From Malacoraja senta (taxonomy: Eukaryota), in the NCBI GenBank assembly GCA_038087875.1, contig CM075991.1, positions 930,001-994,000 of the forward strand: a stretch of DNA of 64,000 nt. The letters run 5' to 3'. The notes under the pieces are model-generated. The model saw only the letters and a list, made by a program, of their open reading frames with translations. It searched no databases and was not told the DNA's origin. Both the position numbers and the translations under genes were made by a program. Each line of letters opens with the position of its first letter. The stretch's first letter is position 1. Below are positions 1 through 9,970 of this stretch, one piece after another.

Positions 1-1
1 C

Positions 2-202
<201 letters not shown>

Positions 203-840
203 TCACATTGCTTCAAGTCTTTGTGTGCTCTTGTCCCCATCCTATCTCTGTAGATGGGGATAGGCTGACTATAGAGGGGCGACACAACCTCCTATTAAAT
301 AATGATGCTGGGCGTATGGCTTCAGCATCAGAGGGAGTACTTTGGCACCAGTGATCATTTGTCTATACGTTTTAGTTATGGAAAGACAGAGGGCTGAGAC
401 AGGAAGTTGGTTGGGAGAGGTTACTTGGTGGTAAAGGGACAGTTGGAAAGTGGGAGGCTTGTAAAAGTGTGATAGGGAGAATTCAGGGCCAACATGTTCC
501 TGTTAGAGTAATGGGCAAGGATTGGGCAACCCAGCTGATGAGGGATATTGGGGCTGTAGTCAGGAAAAATGACGAGGCATATGTCAGCTACACGGAGCTG
601 CAATCAAGCAAATGTAGAAACAAATAACGGTGGAAGAGAGGAGGGGCAGGACTAAGCATGAGAGGTAATAGGTGGAGGTAAAGTTGTTTTCATGGACTTT
701 AGTAAGGGTTTTGACAAAGTCCAACACGGTGGGCTTCACAATGAACTACGTGCAGCAAAGGATAGACAGTATGTTCTGGACATTACACATCTTGTTTATC
801 ATCAAACAATGATCAGCCAAATATAACAAAGTATATAAGG

Positions 841-1041
841 TGTAGGAAAGAACTGCAGATGCTAGTTTAAACCGAAGATAGACACAAAGTGCTGAATTAT
901 CTCAGCGGGACAGGCAGCATCTCTGGAGAGAAGGAACCTGAAGGTCTGAAGAAGGATCTCGGCCCAAAAAGTCACCCATTCCTTCTCTCCAGAGATGCTG
1001 CCTGTCCCGCTGAGTTACTCCAGCATTTTGTGTTTATCTTC
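841..1041. mobile_element. Penelope-like element end, inverted (hairpin) pair
   Basis: ctcagcgggacaggcagcatctctggagagaaggaa and its reverse complement flank a degenerate ctgaagaagg motif at 946. Confidence 0.75.
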
Positions 1042-1280
1042 CGCATACATAAGTGAAAGGGAAGATAAGGTCTATCTAAGGGGTTGCTGATACTGATTCA
1101 ATGGTGAATCATTGCTTGGTTGCTATAATTGAGGTTGATTTGCTGTATTCTTTCATGCTCTAGCACACCAATCCTTCTCATTCAAACAGCTTGAATGTGA
1201 TTGCACTTCTGCACTGAATGTGACAAAAACTAAAGTGATGAAGTATACTGTGGTATATAGCCCGAGGAGATGGATACATT

Positions 1281-2800
1281 AGACAATAGACAATAGGTGC
1301 AGGAGTAGGCCATTCAGCCCTTTGAGCCAGCACTGCCATTCACTGTGATCATGGCTGATCATCCACAATCAGTACCTCGTTCCTGCCTTCTCCCCGTATC
1401 CCTTGACTCAGCTATCTTTAAGAGCTCTATCTAACTCTCTTCTTGAAGCATCTACAGAATTGGCCTCCACTGCCTCGTGAGGCAGAGAATTGCACAGATC
1501 ACAACTCTCTGGGTGAAAAAGTTTTTCCTCATCTCCGTTCTAAATGGCCAACCCCTTATTCTTAATCTGTGGCCCCTGGTTCTGGACTCACCCAACATCA
1601 GGAACATGTTTCCTGCCCTCAAATCTGCTTAACCTTATCTGCTGCCTCGAGGATATAAAGTGTTGGATGGCCCAGACTTCCTCCACTAAACGAGAGTAAG
1701 TCTGAGGTCATCCTTCTCGGCCCCTCGGACTCAATCAAAATGACAGCAGGCAAGCCTTGGAAGCCTTAACCCCACTACTCAAACCTCACGTCAAAAACCA
1801 TGGCGTGATATTTGACTCAGCATTGAAATTTGACAAACAAGTCAATGCCGTGGTAAAAGCTAGCTTCTTTCAAGCTTCGGACGATAGTTAAAATAAAAAA
1901 ATTCTCCAGTTTGATGACCTCGAAAAGATCATCCACACATTTATCTCCTCCCGCCTAGATTACTGCAACTCCCTCTACACTGGCATCAGCCAATCTTCCC
2001 TGTCCTGCCTGAAACTGGTCCAAAACGCCGCAGCGAGACTCCTGATGGGCACCCGAAAAAGGGACCACATCACCCCGATCCTGGCCTCTCTCCACTGGCT
2101 CCCTGTGCGGTTCCGAATAATTTCAAGATCCTCCTTATGTCTACAAAGCCCTTAATCAAAAGTCTGCTTACCCACCACGTCCACCTCCAGGTCCCTCAGA
2201 TCGGCCGACTTGGGGTTACTGAACATCCCGTGCTCTAGGGCCATAAGCTCAGGGGCGACCGGTGACTTTGCGGTTGCAGCTCCTAGACTGTGGAACAGCA
2301 TCCCTCTTCCCATCAGAACTGCCCCCTCCATCGACTCCTTTAAGTCGAGACTTAAAACTCATCTCTACTCCCAAGCCTTTCTTGACGTCCTCTGAGCGAG
2401 GGCTATATGTATGTAGTGATGTTTGTATTTAATCTATGAACCAATGTTGTATAACGTTAGTACCTCCACCAATGTAAGCACTTTGGCCAACGAGAGTTGT
2501 TTTTTAAATGTGCTATATAAATAAAAGTGAATTGACTTGACTAGCGTGTCCAATCCCTTAATAATCTTATATGTTTCAATAAGATCCCCTCTCATCCTTC
2601 TAAATTCCAGTGAATACAAGCCCAGTCGCTCCAATTTTTCAACATATGACAGTACCACCATCCCGGGAATTAAGCTTTGTGAACCTACGCTGCACTCCCC
2701 CAATAGCAAGAATGTCCTTCCTCAAATTTGGAGACCAAAACTGCACGCAATACTCCAGGTGTGGGTCTCACTAGGGCCCTATACAACTGCAGAAGGAGCT
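1281..2800 (-). mobile_element. CR1 (HER1-like) LINE 3' fragment split by an L2 insertion (pieces ~1281-1613 and ~2540-2800)
   Basis: LERLGLYSLEFRRMRGDLIETYKI on the minus strand; (ctattgt)n tail. Boundaries are approximate. Confidence 0.85.
1615..2538 (+). mobile_element. L2-clade LINE 3' fragment
   Basis: SRLDYCNSL, LVQNAAARLL, DHITPILASLHWLPV and APRLWNSIP...FKSRLKTHL motifs; aataaa and ttgac tail. Confidence 0.85.
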
Positions 2801-2829
2801 CTTTCTAATCAATGAATTAAATGATTGAA

Positions 2830-3410
2830 AAATACAGCATGGAAATAGGCCCTTTGTCCCAGCTAATCCATGCTGACCATTGATCACCCATTCACACTAG
2901 TTCTATGTTATCCCACTTTCTCATCCCACTCCTTACACACTGGAGGCAATTTACAGAGGGCCAATTAAACCTACAAACCCGCACGCCTTTGGGATGTGAA
3001 GGAAACTGGAGCACCCGGAGGAAACGCACGTGGTCACAGGTTGAACATGCAGTCATGGTGGCGCAATGGTAGAGTTGCTGCCTTACAGCAAAATGCAGCA
3101 CCGGAGATCCGGGTTCCATCCCGACTACGGGCACTGTCTGTACGGAGTTTGTACATTCTCCCGTGACCTGCGTAGGTTTTCTCAGAGATCTTCGGTTTTC
3201 CCCCCAACATTCCAAAGACGTACAGGTATGTAGGTTAATCGGCTTGATTAATTGGCTTGATAAATGTAAAAATAGTCCAGAATAAAATTGTCCAACTTCC
3301 AGAAGATACAAGGTGCAAGGTGCAAACTCCACACAGACAGCACCCGAGGTCAGAATCTAACCTGGCTCTCTGGCACTGAGGTACAGTTCACCAGCTGCAC
3401 ATTTGTGCTG
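2830..3410. mobile_element. Nested HE1/V-type SINEs: a plus copy (~3050-3290) inside a minus copy
   Basis: tRNA-like head and V-domain core gtctgtacggagtttgtacattctcccgtgacc. Related copies at ~14575-14870 (-), ~18855-18995 (+), ~37180-37460 (+) and ~58005-58290 (+). Confidence 0.75.
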
Positions 3411-3593
3411 CTAGAATGTCATCATTTCTACCTGAACTATTTAGTGCACATCCCAGCCATCTAGTTCTGGTTAAAAAGGAATATTTTTCCATATGCATTG
3501 TACAAGATAACAAGAGTCTGCTTCTAGTCACACTTGTCACCCACGTGTGTATGTGGTGGCTGGGTGATGAGCTGCATTGGTTTGGATCTTTAC

Positions 3594-3635
3594 CTTCAAT
3601 CCAGGTGGGAGGTCAAACAAGAAGTTCATTATTGC
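3594..3635 (-). CDS. nt5c2l1: NT5C2-like gene, internal exon (42 bp)
   Basis: ttttgcag| and |gtaaag. Encodes AIMNFLFDLPPGLK (NT5C2: KIMTYLFDFPHGPK). Confidence 0.9.
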
Positions 3636-4464
3636 CTGCAAAAGAAATGTGTCAACATCAGCATGTCTGTCACAGGCCAGGTCTTGTTAATCAGAAAGCT
3701 TTACCTCATCAATCACAAGCACGCTTAATAAAAGTCCTTCAGTTCTTCTTATCTAACAGAGAAACGCGTTTTTGTTGGCTGATTCACGAGGGTATTATGT
3801 TTTTTATTATTCATTTCCCATCATCTGGGCATGGCTGGCATGTGTTGGCCATCCCTCATGGGTCTTTGACAATGTGATGGTGAGCTGCCTCCTTGAACTG
3901 CTGCCGCTGGGGAGTGAGTTCCAGGAAGATGAAAGACTGGTGATGTATTCACGTGTGACTAGAGGGAAGCCTGCAGTGCTGGTGGTCCCATGCCACCTGA
4001 AGCCTGTGTCCTTCATGCCTGAGCTCAGAGATTAGGGAGGTGCTGTTGGAGTAGCAAGGCATTTTTAAATAAGACAAAGTGCAGCCACAGTTTGCTGCTG
4101 TTGGAAGGAGTAAATATTTATAGGAGCGAATGGGCAGATGTTGTCAATATGGAATTTTGTAAAGCAATTGATAAGTAGGCTAATCTAGAAGGTTAAGACA
4201 AATGGGATCCACAGTTCCACAGTAGATAGCTTGGATTGAGAATGCTTACCCATACAAGACAGAGGATAGTGGTGGAAGGGTGATATTTTAGTTTGTGGCC
4301 AGTGGTGTTCCTTTGGGTTCTGTGCCAGAGTTGGCGGTGGACGCAGGTATGAGTGCTGTTTTAGAGACTTTTAGATAGGCACATGATTATGTGGGGATTG
4401 GCGGTATATGGATCGGTACCCAGTACGGGGCGTCGAAGGACGAGAAGCCCGAAGCGAAGAAGTG

Positions 4465-4695
4465 GAAGCCAAGATACGAACGGAAACGACGCAGAAAAGC
4501 CAAATAACAGAACGGACACGACACCTTAAAGCCAAATAACCGAACGGGGCCGCAACGCCGAAAAGCCAATAACCTAACGGACGCGACGCCATAAAGCCAA
4601 ATAACTGTACGGACGCGCCGCCTTAAAGCCAAATAACCGAACGGGCGCCCACGCCGAAAAGCCAAATGCGCGATGCCGAAAAGCCAAATAACGGA
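4465..4695. repeat. CpG-rich ~32-bp tandem array, probably subterminal repeats of a non-autonomous DNA transposon (~4400-4880)
   Basis: AAGCCAA core at 4466, 4497, 4529, 4563, 4594, 4626, 4659 and 4681. Confidence 0.75.
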
Positions 4696-5118
4696 CATGA
4701 CGTCTCCGGGAACGCGATTTGTCGAGACATTGTCAGCGATTGGTCCAGTCCCCCGCGTCCATCACATCACTGGCCGGGGGAGACGGGAGGGTGGGGGGGG
4801 ATTTTAATTTCCTTCACCGCTTTTGGACTGCCGAAAGATCATAGAGCGGATTATTTTTGTAAGCGTTGTAGGGGTACATCGTAGAGAGAGTCTTTGGAAT
4901 GTTCTCCTCCGAAGGTTGTGGAGGCTCGATCATTCGGGATATTTTTGAAAGATCGGGTATTGAGGAATTGGGGAACTGGGACAGAAGAGTAGATGAGGCT
5001 TTGGGCAGATCAACGATGATCAATTGAAAGGTAGGGCAGATTCGAGGGACTAACTGCCTACTCCTACTCACTATTTCAGTTGCTCCCTTACTTTAAAAAG
5101 ACTCTGAACAGTAGTTAA

Positions 5119-5278
5119 AGAAGGAACTGCAGATGCTGGAAAATCGAAGGTACACAAAAATGCTGGAGAAACTCAGCGGGTGCAGCAGCATCTATGGAGC
5201 GAAGGAAACAGGCAACGTTTCGGCCCGAAACGTTGCCTGTTTCCTTCGCTCCATAGATGCTGCTGCACCCGCTGAGTT
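5119..5278. mobile_element. Penelope-end hairpin insertion with 16-bp TSD
   Basis: Perfect 56-bp inverted arms at 5168-5223 and 5225-5280; tctgaacagtagttaa at 5103-5118 and 5279-5294. Confidence 0.85.
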
Positions 5279-5671
5279 TCTGAACAGTAGTTAATGTTTC
5301 ACAAAAGCTTGTTTGCTAACCATCTGCTTTATGCATTATGTGTTATGTTGACAGATGTGATGAGGCTGAGGCTTTAGTTGTCACTGCTGGAGTAGCCCAG
5401 GCACGTCCTGGCAGTTCATTTTAAGGAAGCACACAGTGCAGTCACTATGTAACTGTGCGAAAGGGTGAAAGAGACAGTGTGGCTATTCTGGCTTTCCTCA
5501 AAGTGCTAGCTCAGGGGTCTATACCTACAATGTCACTGCGGCAGCGTTAGAAATCCTGATTCCCCAACCCAGAGGGACTGCCGTTCCCACCACACTAAGG
5601 CTGATATATCAAACTATTTAGCAGGCTTTCCAGATTAATGCAAATTAATCAGTTAAACCAGAGGCAATTAA

Positions 5672-6611
5672 CCGAATACGCAATTAACAGACCAGCAATG
5701 GGACTCTGCCTTGGATTTGATCCACTCTTCTTCCATATGCGCTCGTCATGGCCTAATCCAATGCAAAGTCCTTTACAAAGTCCACTATACAAATGCAAGA
5801 TTAGCTAGAATGTACCCAGCTGTCAATGACACCTGTAACAGATGTAGTCAATCTCCTGCCAACCATAGCCACATGTTTTGGTCTTGCCCTAAGCTAGCAG
5901 CCTTTTGGAGGAGTGCTTTTGAATTGATAAGCAGAGCTTACGACCAGACAATTCTTCAAAATCCAATGTCAGCCATTTTCGGTACCCCTCCCAATACTAA
6001 CCTCTCTGTTGCGGTGAAACGGGTCCTAGCTTTTACAACCTTGCTAGCCCGGAGACTGATCTTGCTTAGTTGGAGGCTTACCTGTCCCCCGACACACGCC
6101 CGTTGGATTAAGGAGGTGATTTACAATCTGAAACTTGAAAAGCGTAGGTTCTCTCTCAAAGGCTCTACCAAGACATTCCTAGATACATGGAACCCTTTCT
6201 TTGAACTGGTTAACTCTCTTACCTTGTCCCCGGACTCGGAAGAGGACTGAGTGTTCTCCATCATCGTTTTGTTCTACAGCAGCTGCTTTCCCCTTAATCC
6301 CCCCCTCCCTACAATTATTTAGATATATATGTATGTATATATATTTTTTTATTTTTTATTTTTTCTATTTTTATTTTTATATAGCACATTTTGTTTCGTC
6401 TATTCTACCATTTGTGTGTGGATGTGTACGTATGTGAGTGTTGTTTGTCCCCGTTTGGCTCCGACCTGAATTGGGTGGGTTGAAGGTGGGTAAGGGTAAG
6501 GGTTTTGAGGATCGCTTACATACTGTTGTACAATTATGCCTTGATTATTACTGTCTGTTATTATTGTATGTATGTAAATTGCCGTGAAATTCAAATAAAA
6601 AGATTAAATTC
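5672..6611 (+). mobile_element. 5'-truncated L1-clade LINE (ORF2 C-terminal CCHC region and 3' UTR)
   Basis: CNRCSQSPANHSHMFWSC; aataaa near 6594; TSD aaaccag(a/t)ggcaattaa at 5655-5671 and 6612-6628. Confidence 0.85.
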
Positions 6612-6906
6612 AAACCAGTGGCAATTAAAATATTCACCAATGTTCAGAGGCCCAGTCTCACTTGTGGCTCTGTTCAAACTCCATGCTCAGTTGATGAAAC
6701 AATCTCTTCACTAACAAGATGAGGAGGCTCTCAACATTCTGGTTATGGTCACCCCCAAGCATTTTCTATGCTCCCCTCTGTTATTAGGTTTCTGAGCAGT
6801 CCTTCCATTAGCTAGGATACAGTCCAATTGGACATTGGACATAGAATAGTACAGCCCACATTATTAGTGCCGAACATGATGCCAAGCTAAACTGGTCTTA
6901 TTTGCC

Positions 6907-7959
6907 GGTACACAAAAATGCTGGAGAAACTCAGCGGGTGCAGCAGCATCTATGGAGCGAAGGAAATAGGTAACGTTTCGGGCCGAAACCCTTCTTCAGA
7001 CTGATAGGGGGTGGGGAGAAGAAAGGAAAAAGGCGGAGGAGGAGCCCGAGGGCTGGGGAGGGGAGGAGACAACCAGATGGCTGATGAAGGGGAGGGGACA
7101 GCAAGGGCTAGCAGAATTGGGAGAATTCAATGTTCAAGCCCCCAGGATGTAGACTGCCCAAGCGGAATATGAGGTGCATTTCCTCCAATTTACGGTGTTG
7201 CTCGCTGTGGCCATGGAGGAGACCCAGGACAGAGAGGTCAGATACGGAATGGGAGGGGGAGTTGAAGTGCTGAGCCACCGGGAGTTCAGGTTGGTTATTG
7301 CGGACCGACCGGAGGTGTTCGGCGAACCGATCGCCAGCCTCCGCTTGGTCTCACCGATGTAGATCAGCTGGCATCTAGAGCAGCGAATGCAATAGATGAG
7401 GTTGGAGGAGATGCAGGTGAACCTCTGTCGCACCTGGAACGACTGCTTGGGTCCTTGAATGGAGTAGAGGGGGGAGGTGAAGGGACAAGTGTTGCATCTC
7501 TTGCGGTTGCAAGGGAAAGTACCAGGGGAGGGGGTGGTATGGGAGGGAAGGGAAGAATTGACAAGGGAGTTACGGAGGGAGCGGTCTTTGCGGAAGGCAG
7601 ACATGGGGGGAGATGGGAAGATGTGGCGAGTGGTGGGGTCACGTTGGAGGTGGCGAAACTGACGGAGGATCACTTGTTGTATGTGACGGCTGGTGGGGTG
7701 AAAGGTGAGGGCTAGGGGGACTCTGCCCTTGTTGCGAGTGGGGGGATGGGGAGAGAGAGCAGTGTTGCGGGGTATGGCAGAGACCCTGGTGCGAGCCTCA
7801 TCTATGGTGGAGGAGGGGAACCCCCGTTCCCTGAAGAATAAGGACATTTCAGATGCCCTGGTGTGGAACGCCTCATCCTGGGAGCAGATGCGGCGTAGAC
7901 GGAGGAATTGGGAGTGGGGGATGGAGTCCTTACAGGAAGCAGGGTGGGAAGAAGTGTAT
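6907..7959 (-). mobile_element. 5'-truncated Penelope-like element (RT C-terminus, Cys-rich linker, GIY-YIG endonuclease, pseudo-LTR)
   Basis: ORF 7134-7847 contains CNRKRCNTC...NLIYCIRCSRCQLIYIGETKRRL; short duplication tatttgcc at both ends. Confidence 0.9.
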
Positions 7960-8282
7960 TATTTGCCTGTGCATAAGCCATATCCCTCTATTCCCTGCAC
8001 TTCCTTGTGCCTATCTAAAAGCCTCTTGAACTACTTTGTCTCTGGAACAGTTGCCTCTGGCTATAATGCTGAGAGCTACATTCTGCACACTCTAGATTTC
8101 CCTTCACTCTACCTAATGTACTTGAGTTAGGCTTGATTGTACACAGGGGGATGGGAACCAACGCAAGGAGAGAGGGACATAAAAGGAGGCCAGAAGCAAA
8201 AGGTCGAAGGGAGATAGGAAGAACAAACCTGAAGCTTTGTGCCTTAATGCGAGGATCATTTGTCGTAGTTAAGGGATATGAT

Positions 8283-8334
8283 GGGGTGGAAGATTGCAAC
8301 CTTCACGTGGTCTGCCGTTTTGACTAATGCAATC
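8283..8334 (+). ncRNA. Candidate HDV/CPEB3-like self-cleaving ribozyme (minimal, partly decayed)
   Basis: P1 GGGGTGG; P2 GATTGCA/TGCAATC (perfect); P3 ACC/GGT; L3 TTCACGT; P1' CTGCC(GT); J4/2 CTAA. The order is that of the HDV nested double pseudoknot. Confidence 0.7.
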
Positions 8335-8407
8335 AACTCGGCTAAGATCAAAGAACAAGTTGTCCTACAACTTTAGGCTGTGCACGCCATACACATGAAG
8401 ACGAAGC
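8283..8407 (+). mobile_element. ~125-bp non-coding retroposon with ribozyme head and GAA-type tail, inserted in a CR1 endonuclease region
   Basis: TSD agggatat(g/a)at at 8272-8282 and 8408-8418; 3' half shared with 32588-32679. Confidence 0.75.
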
Positions 8408-8580
8408 AGGGATATAATGTAGTCGGCATTACGGAGACATGGCTCCAGGGTGACCATGGCTGAGAGCTAAACATGCAAGGGTATTCGATATTCAGGAAGG
8501 ATAGACAGAAAGGAAGAGAAGGTGGGGTGGCATTGCTGGTTAAAGAGATTAATGCAATGGCAAGGACAGACATTAGCTTG

Positions 8581-9970
8581 TTTAAGAAGGAACTGCAGAT
8601 GCTGGAAAATTCGAAAGTAGACAAAAAATGCTGGAGAAACTCAGCGTGTGAGGCAGCATCTGTGGAGAAAAGGAGTAGGCGACGTTTCGGGTCAAGACCC
8701 TTCTTCAGACTGATGTCGGGGGGGGTGGGAAAAAGAAAGGAAAAGGCAGAGACAATAGGCTATGTGGGAGAGCTGGGAAGGGGGAGGGGAAGGAGGGTGA
8801 AAGCAAGGACTACCTTAAATTAGAGAAGTCAATGTGTAAACTATCCAAGCGAAATATGATGTGTTGTTCCTCCAATTTACGCTGGGCCTCACTCTGGCAA
8901 TGGAGGAGGGCGAGGACAGAAAGGTCAGATTCAGAATGGGAGGGAGAGTTAAAGTGCTGGGCAACCGGGAGATCAGGTTGGTTAGTACGGACTGAGCGGA
9001 GGTGTTCGACAAAGCGGTCGCCGAGACTACGTTTGGTCTCGCCAATGTAGAGAAGGTGACACCTACGACAGCAGATGCAGTAGATGAGGTTGGAGGAGGT
9101 GCAGGTGAACCTCTACCTCACCTGGAAAGACTGTTTGGGTCCTTGGATGGAGTCGAGGGGGGAGGTGAAGCGACAAGTGTAGCATTTCCTGCGGTTGCAG
9201 GGGAAAGTACCCGGGGAGGGGGTGGTCTGGGTGGGAAGGGACAAATTGACCAGGCAGTTATGGAGGGAACGATGTCTATGGAAAGCAGAAAGGGGAGGAG
9301 ATGGGAAGCTGTGGCCAGTGGTAGAATCTCGCTGGAGGTGGCAAACGTGTCGGAGGATTATATTTTGTATGCGCCGGCTGATGGGGTGGAAGGTGAGGAC
9401 AAGGAGAACTCTATCCTTGTTACGAGTCAGGGGATGGGGAGTGAGAGCGGAGCTGTGGGATATAGAGGAGACCTTGGTGAGAGCCTTATCTATAGTCGAA
9501 GAGGGGAACACAAGTTTCCTGACGAATGAGGATATCCCCAATGCCCTGCTCTGGAACACCTCATCCTGGGTGCAGATGCGGCGTAGACAAAGGAATTGGG
9601 AGTAGGGGATAGAGTCCTTACAGGGAGCAGGATGGGAAGAAGTGTAGTCAAGAAAGCTGTGGGAGTCAGTGGGTTTGTAGTAGATGTCAGTCAGTAGTCT
9701 GTTACCTGTGATGGAGATAGTGAGATCAAGGTAGGGAGATGTCGGAAATGGTCCAGGTAGTCCTTGCTTTCTCCCTCCTTCCCCTCCCCCTCCTCCTCCT
9801 CCTTCCCAGCTCTCCCAATATCCTACTGTCTCCGCCTCTTCCTTTCTTTTTCCCAACCCCCCCGACATCAGTTTGAAGAAGGGTCTCGACCCGAAACATC
9901 GCCTACTCCTTTTCTCCATAGATGCTGCCTTACCCGCTGAGGTTCTCCAGCATCTTTTGTCTACTTGAGG
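8581..9970 (-). mobile_element. Penelope-like element with an inverted pseudo-LTR copy at its truncated end
   Basis: YLDLTI...TDIYYKPTDSHSFLDYTSSHP and CNRRKCYTC; ~8610-8815 is mirrored at ~9755-9965; cattagcttg duplicated at 8571-8580 and 9971-9980. Confidence 0.9.

Noticed and set aside
4465..4695. CRISPR-like repeat/spacer appearance
   Set aside because: The period is only ~32 bp, the linkers are homologous to each other, there are no cas genes, and the context is a vertebrate intron.
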